DNA of 46,643 nucleotides from an uncultured Gammaproteobacteria bacterium (GTDB taxonomy: Bacteria > Patescibacteriota > Microgenomatia > Levybacterales > UBA12049), in contig CAZUZF010000002.1 in assembly GCA_964624955.1 (NCBI GenBank), positions 1-46,643 on the forward strand, given 5' to 3'. Within the stretch, counting starts at the first letter, position 1. Each line of letters begins with the position of its first letter. Positions 19,799 through 29,803 of the stretch are shown one piece after another. The notes under the pieces are model-generated. The model was not told the DNA's origin and searched no databases. It saw only the letters and a program-made list of their open reading frames with translations. The translations under genes and the position numbers were made by a program.

Positions 19799-22060
19799 CT
19801 AAAATAGATTATCATAAAATATAATCTTATGCTCTCCCCCTGGCACTACAATTCCCCTGAAATTGTAATCCGTTAAATAAATTTTCGTTAGCTTCCCATC
19901 TATTGTCGCTTTCCAAGTAGGATAAAAGCTGTCAGATAAGATCAAAAATCCATCCTCATCGTTTTGGGTTGATATCTCTACCCTTCTTTCTTCATACTTT
20001 GTAATCATTGCCTTGCCTACTTTCCAGTTTTTTGAAACTAATCTAGAATCTTCCCCTTCAACAACTGCTGTTAGTTTAAATGAGAATTTACCATCAAACA
20101 TTAGATTAATAGCTTCCTTTTTATTATTAGCAGTTATTGTTTTTTCTACAAAAAATACTCTTTCAAAAAAAGTAGGATTTTTATAAACCTTTGTAGCTTT
20201 CTCCTCAAAAACTTTATCAAACCCAGGTATATTTAATTCTTCAAAACTAACTATATATTTAACTCCCATTAGGCTAAAGATGGGAGACAAATATCCTTGG
20301 GGCGTTATTATCCTGTTAAAACCAAAAGGAGGGTTTATATCCGGTTTATTTCTTCCAATAGCTGCCATAAGTTCTCCGTATCTTTGAAGATATAAAGGAT
20401 CATAGCCATCAATGCTTTGGAGTTTGTACATTATTGAAAAATTTGGAGGGAAAATTCTTGAATCTGTCTCCATCAACCTGTTATTACCTAAGTTTTTGGT
20501 AAGAAAAGAGATTGTTTTTGTTTTTGGATACAAATATTTCGCATTTGTAAAAGGAAGAAATTTCCAACCAAATCTAAAAAGATCAAATATTAAAAGCCCA
20601 ATAATTAGATATGGAAAAACTTTAACGATTTTAGGACTTAATTTAATTTTGTCTTTTAAGTAAAAACTAATTAGGAAGACTAAGGAAATAGTAAATAAAA
20701 CTGTTGGAAATATTAAATTTCTTTTGGATACTGCCAAGTCTTGGGAAGATATAAGATTAAATGCACCACCTAGAATAAAACCCCATGTTGATAAGATAGC
20801 AATTAAAACCAAAATCAAAACAGTTAATATCTTTTTTATATTTTTTTGTTTAAAATACAAATCCAATCCAAATGCAGCAAGAATACTAAGCGCAAAATCA
20901 ATAACAAACATAAGCCTTGTGGGCTGCGACGTTGATAAAAATGGTATTGAAAGCTTATAGGGAAGGGTTGAAATAAAATTAGGTAAAGCAAATACTAAAG
21001 AGACTACCAAAAGAAAAGTAAAAAAATAGGTATTTTTTTCTCTTCTGAAAAATATTGCAAAAATTGCCAAAATTAAGCCTATTATCCCCACATATCCAAT
21101 AAACTCCCCGTAATTGAAAATGCCAAAATAATTAAGAGTTGCTGGGTTTCCAAAAAAATCAGGAAATAAAAATTGGATAACATTTTGAATTGGAATAAAC
21201 CATCCTGGATCTGACCACTGTGCCAAGTCTGCGTTTCTTGCCGAAAGCCTAATAAACTGTAAGGTAGAAACCCATTGTAAACTAGTTATTAGCAAAAATA
21301 AAATAATCCAAACTCCAAACGACAATAAAGTTTTAATTCGCCTATCCTTCTCAAACCACCTATAAATAAAATACAATGTACTTACTATCCATACATAAAA
21401 AAATATCTGCAAATGTCCAGCGAAAAAAGAAAAAGTCAAAGCCAAAGTCAAAAAGATAAACCATTTAAGTTTTATGGTTTTTTCTATAAATATTTTATCT
21501 ATTAAATAAAGTATAAAAGGAAGCCATAATGCCGTATTTATGATATTTCCCCAATACATCCAGGCAATTGAAAAACCGCAGAATGCAAAAATTATTGCCC
21601 CAAATAGACTTGACGCTTTGGTTAATTTTAAATTGTTTAAATAGATAAATATAAAAATTGCAGCAAGTAAGGGTTGAATAAAAATAAAAAAAGTCCAGGA
21701 AAGATGAAAAGGTAAAACAAAAAATAGCAAATTAAACGGGTAAAAAACCCCTGATTGAAAATTAGCTAAATGGGGAGTGCCTGAAAAATTATATGGATTC
21801 CAAAGGGGCAACTGAAGCTTTTTTTCAAGATCAATTGTTAAGCTTTTCCATGGAATTTGCTGTCTAATTGGGTCTGTAATTAAAAAGTTTTTAAAAGGTA
21901 TTCCTCTTGGATAATTTTTTGCATAGTAGTCTTTGTAAGGATGATATAGACCTACAATCGTATCAGAAGGAATAGGAAGATTGCCTCTTATAATTGTGTC
22001 TTTAAAAAATAAAGAAACTATTATAAAGATGAGAGATAAAAACAATAATTTTACTTTCAT
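19799..22060 (-). CDS. YfhO-family polytopic membrane protein (GT-C)
   Basis: 753 aa. Motifs IPWKSLTIDLEKKLQLPLWNPYNFSGTPHLANFQSGVFYPFNLLFF and C-terminal LSDSFYPTWKATIDGK...GGEHKIIF. Paralog of 23423 and 33736. Confidence 0.9.
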   Translation of the reverse strand: MKVKLLFLSLIFIIVSLFFKDTIIRGNLPIPSDTIVGLYHPYKDYYAKNYPRGIPFKNFLITDPIRQQIPWKSLTIDLEKKLQLPLWNPYNFSGTPHLANFQSGVFYPFNLLFFVLPFHLSWTFFIFIQPLLAAIFIFIYLNNLKLTKASSLFGAIIFAFCGFSIAWMYWGNIINTALWLPFILYLIDKIFIEKTIKLKWFIFLTLALTFSFFAGHLQIFFYVWIVSTLYFIYRWFEKDRRIKTLLSFGVWIILFLLITSLQWVSTLQFIRLSARNADLAQWSDPGWFIPIQNVIQFLFPDFFGNPATLNYFGIFNYGEFIGYVGIIGLILAIFAIFFRREKNTYFFTFLLVVSLVFALPNFISTLPYKLSIPFLSTSQPTRLMFVIDFALSILAAFGLDLYFKQKNIKKILTVLILVLIAILSTWGFILGGAFNLISSQDLAVSKRNLIFPTVLFTISLVFLISFYLKDKIKLSPKIVKVFPYLIIGLLIFDLFRFGWKFLPFTNAKYLYPKTKTISFLTKNLGNNRLMETDSRIFPPNFSIMYKLQSIDGYDPLYLQRYGELMAAIGRNKPDINPPFGFNRIITPQGYLSPIFSLMGVKYIVSFEELNIPGFDKVFEEKATKVYKNPTFFERVFFVEKTITANNKKEAINLMFDGKFSFKLTAVVEGEDSRLVSKNWKVGKAMITKYEERRVEISTQNDEDGFLILSDSFYPTWKATIDGKLTKIYLTDYNFRGIVVPGGEHKIIFYDNLF

Positions 22061-23136
22061 TGACTAAATATATTGATAATTTTTTGACAAAACGAATCTG
22101 TAGAAAACTTTTGGGCTTGTTTTAGTGCATTTTGGGAAAGCCTATTATAAAGTTTTTCATCGTTTGTAACCAAAAAAGTTTTTTCAATAAATTCTATGGC
22201 ATTTGTCCATAAGAATCCTCCTTCGTAATTCTGCACTATCTCTTTTTGTCCCCCTGCATCAATTACAATGGGTACTAGTCCATTTAACATTGCTTCAACT
22301 GTTGTTATTCCAAAATGTTCCGCCCTCTCTGGATGAGTTATCAAATCTTCATCAACACCTGCTGCATGCCAGTAAATTTTTGCTTTTTTGTATTCTTCTA
22401 ACAACTCTTTGTAGGAAATATTTTCCAAAACTGTAATTGGGTATTTACCGATACTTTTTTTGAGATCATCTACAAATTGTCTATCACCATCAAGAAAACT
22501 AACTACCAAATAAAACTTCCAATTTTTTAAACCCTCATCACACATTTTTTTGAAAACGTCAATCATAAATTCCTGTTTTTTAACACTTGTTCCGTTTGGA
22601 AATCTTCCATATCTTCCAACATTTAAAATAATATTTTGCTTATCTTTAAAGTTTACTTTTGGCATTTTGGATTTAAAATATGTTGGGGGGTACAAAACTA
22701 CGCTTTCAGTGTTTAGTTTTTTATCTATATACTCTTTGGTAAAATTGGAGTTGCAGATTATTTTTTTAATTCTTCTTATTTTTTGTTTTTGTAAAAAAGA
22801 GGTGGTATTTATCCATTCAATGGGAAATTGGAAATGAACAAAAAGATCACAGGCTACAAAAGGAAGGCTCCCATCACTTAGGAAAAATATGGCATCATAT
22901 TTTTTAGTTTCAGAAAATCTTTTGAGGGTTGAAACCTCTTGGTTGAAAATATTTGGGACAAGACTTACTTTGGACAAATCAATACCAAATTTTTTATGGG
23001 CAAGTCTTAGAACATTATTCTCATCCCAAAAGACAAAAACTTCATACTTGGATGATAGGCAGGAGGAAGCTGTAAGCATGTATTTTTCTCCACCACCTAA
23101 AGTATCAAGGTATGGATCATATATACCTATTCTCAT
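22057..23136 (-). CDS. GT4 (GT-B fold) glycosyltransferase
   Basis: The ORF-track start at 23208 is TTG and would lie 9 nt from the divergent gene. The family-typical N-terminus MRIGIYDPYLDTLGGGEKY begins at the ATG at 23136. E-x7-E motif EHFGITTVEAMLNGLVPIV. Confidence 0.87.
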   Translation of the reverse strand: MRIGIYDPYLDTLGGGEKYMLTASSCLSSKYEVFVFWDENNVLRLAHKKFGIDLSKVSLVPNIFNQEVSTLKRFSETKKYDAIFFLSDGSLPFVACDLFVHFQFPIEWINTTSFLQKQKIRRIKKIICNSNFTKEYIDKKLNTESVVLYPPTYFKSKMPKVNFKDKQNIILNVGRYGRFPNGTSVKKQEFMIDVFKKMCDEGLKNWKFYLVVSFLDGDRQFVDDLKKSIGKYPITVLENISYKELLEEYKKAKIYWHAAGVDEDLITHPERAEHFGITTVEAMLNGLVPIVIDAGGQKEIVQNYEGGFLWTNAIEFIEKTFLVTNDEKLYNRLSQNALKQAQKFSTDSFCQKIINIFSQ

Positions 23137-23166
23137 TAACTTTATTCTACCAAGTTTAACTGTAGA

Positions 23167-23195
23167 TTGCATATTTGAAAAGTACAATATATAAT
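23167..23195 (+). promoter_or_regulatory. Candidate sigma70-type promoter for the plus-strand small gene
   Basis: TTGCAT (23167-23172), 17-nt spacer, TATAAT (23190-23195), 22 nt upstream of the ATG at 23218. Confidence 0.4.
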
Positions 23196-23217
23196 TATTT
23201 ATACGCAAACAAAAAGT

Positions 23218-23445
23218 ATGCCAAATTCATTAGATTATCCGTCAATTCTTTTTTTTGGAGTTTATCTTTGGTCAATTTTTTGGAAAGGTTTGGCTTTATG
23301 GAGAGCCGCAAACCTAAAACAAAGAAACTGGTTTGTTGGCCTCCTTATTTTAAATACCATTGGAATTGTTGAAATTGCTTATCTTTTTTTCTTTGCCAAA
23401 AAGAAAATGACTTTAGCAGAACTTAAATTTTGGGAAACAAAATAA
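23218..23445 (+). CDS. Small two-TM membrane protein, DUF5652-like
   Basis: 75 aa. WKGLALWRAANLKQRNWFVGLLILNTIGIVEIAYLFFFAKKK matches my recollection of the DUF5652 signature. It is the only plus-strand CDS in the window, and its 3' end overlaps the 3' end of the YfhO gene by 23 nt. Confidence 0.72.
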   Translation: MPNSLDYPSILFFGVYLWSIFWKGLALWRAANLKQRNWFVGLLILNTIGIVEIAYLFFFAKKKMTLAELKFWETK

Positions 23446-25762
23446 ACCTTCTTTTTAATAAAGATCCTGCCAATATTAATATTAGCCCCAAAAGACCCAA
23501 TACCAAGCCTAACTTAAAAGATAGAGGATCGTAAACAAATTTGACAATATGTTGCCCTTTTGGAACAAGTACAGATCTAAATGTAAAATCAGACCTGTAG
23601 ATTTCGGAAAGCTTTCCATCCACATATGCTTTCCATCCGGGATAAAAGGAATCTGATAAAAACAATAGAGAATTACCATTAGATTTTGTACTTATTACAA
23701 CTTCGCTTGGTAAATATTTATAAATATCCGCAGATCCAGTTTGCATATTAAGTTTAACCAATGGATCTTTCTCTAAAACTACTGTTTTAGTTAAATCTAA
23801 ATCCTCTAAAAACATCGTGTTTATTATCTCCTGCGGGTCATTTTGCACTTTATAGCCACTTGCCAAATATACTCTTTTGAAAACCTTTAAGTTTTCATAT
23901 ATTTGATATACACCGTCGTCATAAATGAGCTTAAATTCATCTGGATAATTATAGAAAGGAAATACCCAGGAGTTACGTCCATCTGCGATTTTGTGAACAA
24001 AATATTTTACTCCCAATAAATTTAAGAATTGTCTTGAATATAAGCCTTGTCTTGGGAACGAAACAACGGATCTAAAAGAATTTTCTACATCTGCGTTTTT
24101 TGCAGATTGTATAAACTGGCCGTATCTTTGATTATAAACTGCATCATAACCTTCAATAGAAGAAAGTTTATAATATATCGTTGCCTCTCCTCCTAAATTT
24201 CCAAAAACTCTTTGGTAACCGCTAATTTCCCTAAACTTATCTACCACAGAAACAAACGGAAAGACTAGATTTTTAGGGGAAAATTCTTGCCATTTTATTG
24301 CAAATCTTAAAAGATCAAAAGAAACTAGTAAAATAAGAACTAAAGGAACAAAAACTAAAAGTTTATTGGATTTTTTAACTTTAGTTAAGGTCAAAAACAA
24401 AATTACAAAACCAATCAAACTTATCAAAAGAATACTTGGTAAAATTAGATTTTGTCTTGCAATGATAATTTTGTCTATTGACATAAAAAGCTTAAGCACC
24501 ACCACAACCCACATCAGCAAAAATATAAAAGCGCAAAAGCCTGTCCAATAAATTATTTTTTTTAAATTTTTAGATAAATCATCCATTAAATACTCAAAGC
24601 CAAATGCACCTAAAACAGCAATTGAAAAACTAAATAAAACAATTATCCTACTTGCTGCACTGGTTGAAAGAACGGGAATTTTAAGCATTACTATTAAATC
24701 TACAATTGGGGATTGAAAAGAAAGTAAGATTGCAAGTATTGCCGTAAACACAAAAAACCAAACTTTTTTAAACTTTCCGCTAAAAAATATATATAAAGCT
24801 AAAATGATAGTTAAAGTCCCACTAAAACCATTCCACTCCGCATAATGTCCAAACCAATCGTTTCTTGTAACAGGATTTCCGAAAATATCAGGAGCAAAAA
24901 ATGTTGCCATATATCCCCATGGGATTACTTCAATTGTTTGGAAAATACCACTTCGCAAAGATTGCGTGTATGCCTCAATTGATGGAAGAATTTGTGGCAT
25001 AGATAAAAGTACTCCAAAGAGAAAATAAAAAAAAGTATAGGCAAAAAGTTTTTTGTCTTTGACTAAGAATAATTTATAAAATAAATACATTACAACAAAA
25101 AGGGAAAAATATAAACTAATCTGAAAATGTCCGCTGAAAAATGAAAGAGGAACTGTAATAGAAAGCAAAAATAAATATTTAAATTGTTTTTTAACATAAA
25201 ACTTTTCTATTGCAAATAGGCTAAGGGGCAAAAAGACAATTGCGTATCCTAAAGTCTCATACCCCATCCATGTCGTTATAAATCCACAAAACATAAAAGA
25301 GATAGAGCCCAAAGTTGAAGACACTTGTTTTAAGTTTAAACTCCTTAGATATAAATACATAAATACTCCCGCCATTAAAGGTTGCAGTAAAACAGCAATA
25401 CTCCATGCATCTATAAAAGGGAGTATTAAGAATATTAGATTAAGGGGAGTTAGCACCGCTGATTGATAGTTGGCAAGATGGGCTGTTCCTGAAAAACTAT
25501 AAGGATTCCATAAGGGCAGTATTCCTTGTTTTAGAGAATCTATTGTAAGAGTCTTCCAAGGGAAAATTTGCGATATAACATCTGGCATTGCGTTATTCTT
25601 AACTGGACTGCCAAAACCTGGGTATGCATTCCATGGAGCAAAAAAGTTTACCTGATAAGTTGCCGAAAAAGGTATTTTATTTTGAAAAAAATAGGGAGTA
25701 GAAAAAACAAACCAAACACAAACTATAAATATAATTGGCCAAAATATTTTTAATAATTTCAT
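23423..25762 (-). CDS. YfhO-family polytopic membrane protein (GT-C)
   Basis: 779 aa. Motifs FPWKTLTIDSLKQGILPLWNPYSFSGTAHLANYQSAVLTPLNLIF and C-terminal LSDSFYPGWKAYVDGK...KGQHIVKFVYDP. Confidence 0.9.
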   Translation of the reverse strand: MKLLKIFWPIIFIVCVWFVFSTPYFFQNKIPFSATYQVNFFAPWNAYPGFGSPVKNNAMPDVISQIFPWKTLTIDSLKQGILPLWNPYSFSGTAHLANYQSAVLTPLNLIFLILPFIDAWSIAVLLQPLMAGVFMYLYLRSLNLKQVSSTLGSISFMFCGFITTWMGYETLGYAIVFLPLSLFAIEKFYVKKQFKYLFLLSITVPLSFFSGHFQISLYFSLFVVMYLFYKLFLVKDKKLFAYTFFYFLFGVLLSMPQILPSIEAYTQSLRSGIFQTIEVIPWGYMATFFAPDIFGNPVTRNDWFGHYAEWNGFSGTLTIILALYIFFSGKFKKVWFFVFTAILAILLSFQSPIVDLIVMLKIPVLSTSAASRIIVLFSFSIAVLGAFGFEYLMDDLSKNLKKIIYWTGFCAFIFLLMWVVVVLKLFMSIDKIIIARQNLILPSILLISLIGFVILFLTLTKVKKSNKLLVFVPLVLILLVSFDLLRFAIKWQEFSPKNLVFPFVSVVDKFREISGYQRVFGNLGGEATIYYKLSSIEGYDAVYNQRYGQFIQSAKNADVENSFRSVVSFPRQGLYSRQFLNLLGVKYFVHKIADGRNSWVFPFYNYPDEFKLIYDDGVYQIYENLKVFKRVYLASGYKVQNDPQEIINTMFLEDLDLTKTVVLEKDPLVKLNMQTGSADIYKYLPSEVVISTKSNGNSLLFLSDSFYPGWKAYVDGKLSEIYRSDFTFRSVLVPKGQHIVKFVYDPLSFKLGLVLGLLGLILILAGSLLKRRFILFPKI

Positions 25763-25769
25763 TGTAAAA

Positions 25770-26516
25770 TTAACTTTTAATTTTATTTTGTATTTCCCAA
25801 AGCTTTGCGTAAGTGATAAAGATACTAAAGGATTGGTAAATGCTTTCGATAAGACCTATTTGTTTTGCCTTAAAGCCCCTTTGAAAAATATATGATCTGA
25901 TAAATTCTGTAAGCATTACTCTTGGAATTCTCCACCACGAAACTAAAGGATGGTTTGCCCTAAAGCGTATTATTGCCTCAGTTTGGGACCAACTAATAGT
26001 TTTATTAACCATTGACTCCAAATCTCTATGGGTAAAATGCAACAGAAAACCTTCTAAAACATCAGTCTCCCCGCTAATTTTAGGGCTTTCGTGTATTTGA
26101 CCATCCCAGCCACTTAAATTTTTTTTTCTAAAAAGCCTTAATATTTTTTCAATGTAAGGCCACTGGTTAATACCAAGATAAAAGTTTTTTCTTTTTACAA
26201 AATATGAAAAAACTTCTCGATTTTGAATCACTTTTTGTATTTGGCTTTTTAAGCCTTCATCAACTCTTTCATCTGCATCTACATACAAAATCCATTCATT
26301 TTGAGCCCTTTTCAGACCCAAATTTCGAAGTTGGGAAAAATCCAAAGAATTACTTTTGTAAACTTTTGCCCCAAAACTTTCAGCTATCTGCGCTGTTTTG
26401 TCTGTTGAGTTATTGTCGACAACAATAATTTCATCGCAAAAAGACAAACTTTCAAGGCACTCCCCTATCATATCCTGTTCATTTTTTGCAATGATAACTG
26501 CCGAAATTTTACTCAT
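25770..26516 (-). CDS. GT2 glycosyltransferase (LOS beta-1,4-glucosyltransferase-like subgroup)
   Basis: 248 aa. Motifs ISAVIIAKNEQDMIGECLESL, IIVVDNNSTDKT and LYVDADERV. Paralog of 27427 and of the N-terminal domain of 2431..4710. Confidence 0.88.
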   Translation of the reverse strand: MSKISAVIIAKNEQDMIGECLESLSFCDEIIVVDNNSTDKTAQIAESFGAKVYKSNSLDFSQLRNLGLKRAQNEWILYVDADERVDEGLKSQIQKVIQNREVFSYFVKRKNFYLGINQWPYIEKILRLFRKKNLSGWDGQIHESPKISGETDVLEGFLLHFTHRDLESMVNKTISWSQTEAIIRFRANHPLVSWWRIPRVMLTEFIRSYIFQRGFKAKQIGLIESIYQSFSIFITYAKLWEIQNKIKS

Positions 26517-27421
26517 GTGTTTATATAACTTCCACTGCCAAGTTTATTTAGATAGAAGTCTCTTACTCCAGTTTTTTGCCACTTTCTTCCACTTAATAAT
26601 ATTTTCAGGCTTTGGCGTAAAAGTGCAATTTTTACCCTAAAACTTGCGTATCTAGAACCGAAAACCAACCTGTTCCTGGTAATATAATAGTCTTGAAGTT
26701 CAGAACCAGAACCTGTTGAGGCAGCATTTTTGTGCCAGAGTATTGCTTTTGACTCATAAATAATTTTAAACCCGTGTTTCTGCATGCGCATAGACAAATC
26801 CGCATCTTCGTAATATAGAAAAAATTTATCATCAAACATGCCAACCTTTTCGAAAACTTCTCTACTTACCATCATGCAGCAACCTGTTGTCACCTCGGTT
26901 TCTTCCCTTTTATCAAATTGTCCCCTATCCACCTCGTCAACTCCCCTGTGCTTTCCGATGACGTTTTTCCAATCAATAACTCCTCCTGCGTACCAAAACA
27001 CTTTTCCCAAATCTTCTGTTTCGTATCTGTCTTTATGAAACTCGTATCCTTTGGCAAAGTATATTTTAGGGCTTACCGCACCAACGCTATCTTTAAATGA
27101 ATTTAAAAGCTCAATTATTAAATTCTCGTCTGCAATTGTGTCATTATTTAAAACAACAATATAATCAGCGCTTTGTTCCAAGGCATATTTAATGCCAAAA
27201 TTTTGACCTCCTGAAAAACCAAGGTTTTTCCCAGAATACAGAATTTTTAAATCAAAATTTTTATATTCTTTGTTTGTTTCATATTTTTCTCTGGAACCGT
27301 TATCAATAACCACAACATAAAGGTCATAACCTTTCTTGTTTAGCTTTTCCAGACTTTCAAGACACTGACTTGTAGAAAGATTGTCGTTAAATGTGATAAG
27401 ACTTATAAAAACCTTTGGCAT
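26513..27421 (-). CDS. GT2 glycosyltransferase (WbbL/rhamnosyltransferase-like subgroup)
   Basis: 302 aa. Motifs ISLITFND, VVIDNGS, VVLNNDT and YYEDADLSMRMQKHGFKI. Paralog of 18873. Confidence 0.88.
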   Translation of the reverse strand: MPKVFISLITFNDNLSTSQCLESLEKLNKKGYDLYVVVIDNGSREKYETNKEYKNFDLKILYSGKNLGFSGGQNFGIKYALEQSADYIVVLNNDTIADENLIIELLNSFKDSVGAVSPKIYFAKGYEFHKDRYETEDLGKVFWYAGGVIDWKNVIGKHRGVDEVDRGQFDKREETEVTTGCCMMVSREVFEKVGMFDDKFFLYYEDADLSMRMQKHGFKIIYESKAILWHKNAASTGSGSELQDYYITRNRLVFGSRYASFRVKIALLRQSLKILLSGRKWQKTGVRDFYLNKLGSGSYINT

Positions 27422-27426
27422 ATAGA

Positions 27427-28347
27427 TTAAGTTCTAATCTTATTTTTTAGCTTAAAAACCATTCTTTTAAGAGGACTTTTTATGTTCTCAAACTTTTCTT
27501 TTGTAATCCAATAGACAATTTCTTTACCTGCTTTTTTAAATTCCAATTCTGTTTGTTCTAGGAAATCCTCTTTTTTGTATTCAACAAAGTCTTTTTTCTC
27601 CCAAATAAAACAAAATATTAAAAAATGATAGAAAGCCATAAGTAAGGAAAGTACTAATCCATGAAAGCCGTCTTTATAGCCTTTTCTGGCAAAGAATCTA
27701 CTTAAAAATTCACTAACCGGAAATCTGATTGCATCAAAATAGGAAAACTCATATCCTTTTTCAATTAAATTCTCTGCTTCGTTTTTTGAGTAAACTAATG
27801 TTTTTGTCAGAAAACTTGAGACTTTCCCATAATGGTTATGAATTATATGTCCCGTCAGTTTAGCACTTGGGCCTTCTAAAGTGATATCTTCGTGCATATG
27901 CTTTTTTGTGTATTTTCCCTTGTCCTTTCTAAAAAGCCGCAACTGGTAATCTGGATACCAACCGCTATGTTCAATCCATTTACCAAAGATTAGATTTTTT
28001 CTAGGGATCCAAAATCCATTTATTTCGGAAACCATCGAAGGCTTTTGCGAGAGTATTTTTTTAATTTCCAAAGAAAGCTCTTCACTTACCCTCTCATCTG
28101 CATCAATAGACAAAACCCACTCACAAGACACTTTTTCAAACCCAAAATTTTTCATTAGATCAATTTCGTTGGGGTTATTTTTTTGCTTAAAGACTTTTTT
28201 GGTAAATTGAGAAGCTATTTGGGAGGTTTGATCTTCTGATTCGTTATCGATAACCACAATTTCATCCGCAAACTTTAGAGACTTAAGACAAGTCCCAAGA
28301 TTTTTCTCTTCGTTATGTGCCATCACTACCGCTGAAACTTTACTCAT
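27427..28347 (-). CDS. GT2 glycosyltransferase (LOS beta-1,4-glucosyltransferase-like subgroup)
   Basis: 306 aa. Motifs VSAVVMAHNEEKNLGTCLKSL, IVVIDNESEDQT and LSIDADERV. Confidence 0.88.
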   Translation of the reverse strand: MSKVSAVVMAHNEEKNLGTCLKSLKFADEIVVIDNESEDQTSQIASQFTKKVFKQKNNPNEIDLMKNFGFEKVSCEWVLSIDADERVSEELSLEIKKILSQKPSMVSEINGFWIPRKNLIFGKWIEHSGWYPDYQLRLFRKDKGKYTKKHMHEDITLEGPSAKLTGHIIHNHYGKVSSFLTKTLVYSKNEAENLIEKGYEFSYFDAIRFPVSEFLSRFFARKGYKDGFHGLVLSLLMAFYHFLIFCFIWEKKDFVEYKKEDFLEQTELEFKKAGKEIVYWITKEKFENIKSPLKRMVFKLKNKIRT

Positions 28348-28348
28348 A

Positions 28349-29803
28349 TTATTTTCTAATACTTTGCCTAATTAGTAGTATATCAGCTTTTAGCCTTTCT
28401 TTGGCTAAAACAAAGGCGGTTACAAAGTACACCAAAGCACCTATTATTATGGTTACAAATAGACCAAGTAGGTCTGAGGCTAATATTGAGGACCAAAAAT
28501 ATACCACTATTCCCATTATAATTGTTGATATAAAAGGGTAAAAAATAGCATTAAAGACGCTAAAAGGAAGGTGTCTTTTGACTAGGTATATAACCAAGAC
28601 AACAGAGGTAGAAATAATCGCAGAAGCAATTGCCACACCGTTAAAGCCAATTTTAATAATTAATATTGGAGTTATAACCCATGTCGCCATTGTCCAAAAA
28701 ACCATAAGATAAAGTGTAGTTTTTATTTTCCCAATAGCATTTAAGGCATTAGTCAGTGGTGTTGATATGGAAGAAAGCACTGCATTTATGGAAAAAAAGG
28801 CAAGCGATAAAATCGCTGGCTCCCATTTTGCATATTTTGGTATTAAGTCAATAAAATAAGGTGATAGAATTACAAGACCAGTTAGAGTTGGAAAAATTAG
28901 AAAAGAACTGGCAAAAATAGATTTTTCTATGGCTTTTGTTAACACTTCTTTTTCATCTTGCAGCCTTGAAAAAGAAGGGAATGTAATCCTTATAATGTTA
29001 TCCATAATAAGCCTTAGAGGCATTAGAGCCCATTTCTGGGCAAAGCCAATGTAGCCAACCTGGGCAAGGGGCAAAACCTTACCTAAGTATGCTATAAATA
29101 AATCATCTTTAATCAGAGCCAAAAGACTGTTTAACTGGAATGGAAAACCAAATGATAAAAGCTTTTTGGCACTCTCTAACTCAAAGCCAATTCCTATTTT
29201 CCATGGGCTTATTAGATAAATTGCGATAAGACCTGATATTCCCCTTAACGCTACCGCATAGGTAAAGCTTGTAACCCCAAAACCCTTTATTGCCAAAAAA
29301 ACCGCAACTATATTAAATACTAAATTTTCTACAATTTGGGGAATAACAAGTTTACTAAAATCAAGATTTCTTTCTAAAATTATTGAGGGAATAGTTTTTA
29401 GAGAGGAAAGAAAGAAAGATATGGCAAGGACTTGAAACAAAAGCACCCCATCGGCTTCTAAATTATAAAATTTACCGACAAAATTTGAACCTATTAAAGC
29501 AATAACTACGGTTGTTAAGACAAGAATTTGCTGAATAGTAAAGGTTGTTTTTAAATCCTGGTTGGTGACCTTTTCTTTTTTTTGTATTAAAGCGGCAGCA
29601 AGTCCAATATCGGAAAAATAGGACAAAAAAGCAATTGCAGCTGAGACTACAAAAAATATTCCAAATACAGAAGGGGCAAGATAAATAGTTAGGAGTAAAT
29701 TAGAAATAAGACTAACTACTTGTATAAAAAAAGTCCTCGAAGCTAGCGCAAAAATACCATGAATAGATTTTCTCTTAACCTTGGCAATGTCAAGTTCTTC
29801 CAT
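28349..29803 (-). CDS. Wzx-like oligosaccharide/lipid-linked sugar flippase (MOP superfamily)
   Basis: 484 aa, about 12-14 TM. N-terminal KRKSIHGIFALASRTFFIQVVSLISNLLLTIYLAPSVFGIF and overall organisation are typical of polysaccharide biosynthesis (Wzx) proteins. Confidence 0.85.
   Translation of the reverse strand: MEELDIAKVKRKSIHGIFALASRTFFIQVVSLISNLLLTIYLAPSVFGIFFVVSAAIAFLSYFSDIGLAAALIQKKEKVTNQDLKTTFTIQQILVLTTVVIALIGSNFVGKFYNLEADGVLLFQVLAISFFLSSLKTIPSIILERNLDFSKLVIPQIVENLVFNIVAVFLAIKGFGVTSFTYAVALRGISGLIAIYLISPWKIGIGFELESAKKLLSFGFPFQLNSLLALIKDDLFIAYLGKVLPLAQVGYIGFAQKWALMPLRLIMDNIIRITFPSFSRLQDEKEVLTKAIEKSIFASSFLIFPTLTGLVILSPYFIDLIPKYAKWEPAILSLAFFSINAVLSSISTPLTNALNAIGKIKTTLYLMVFWTMATWVITPILIIKIGFNGVAIASAIISTSVVLVIYLVKRHLPFSVFNAIFYPFISTIIMGIVVYFWSSILASDLLGLFVTIIIGALVYFVTAFVLAKERLKADILLIRQSIRK

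Noticed and set aside
22057-23208. Longest-ORF N-terminal extensions using TTG/GTG starts (23208, 7766, 18169, 44787, 43615)
   Set aside because: The first codons are TTG or GTG. They create long overlaps or sit inside a Shine-Dalgarno sequence or a divergent promoter. Downstream ATGs give family-typical N-termini and 4-5-nt spacing. I kept the GTG only for 39561..40319, where no ATG alternative exists.
5021-26640. Many 60-135-aa ORFs nested in or antisense to the large membrane and GT genes (for example 5202..5567, 8396..8758, 11744..12151, 19151..19435, 22889..23194, 26398..26640)
   Set aside because: Each lies wholly inside a longer, family-supported CDS. Their sequences are low-complexity (K/I/F/L/S) and carry no independent signals.
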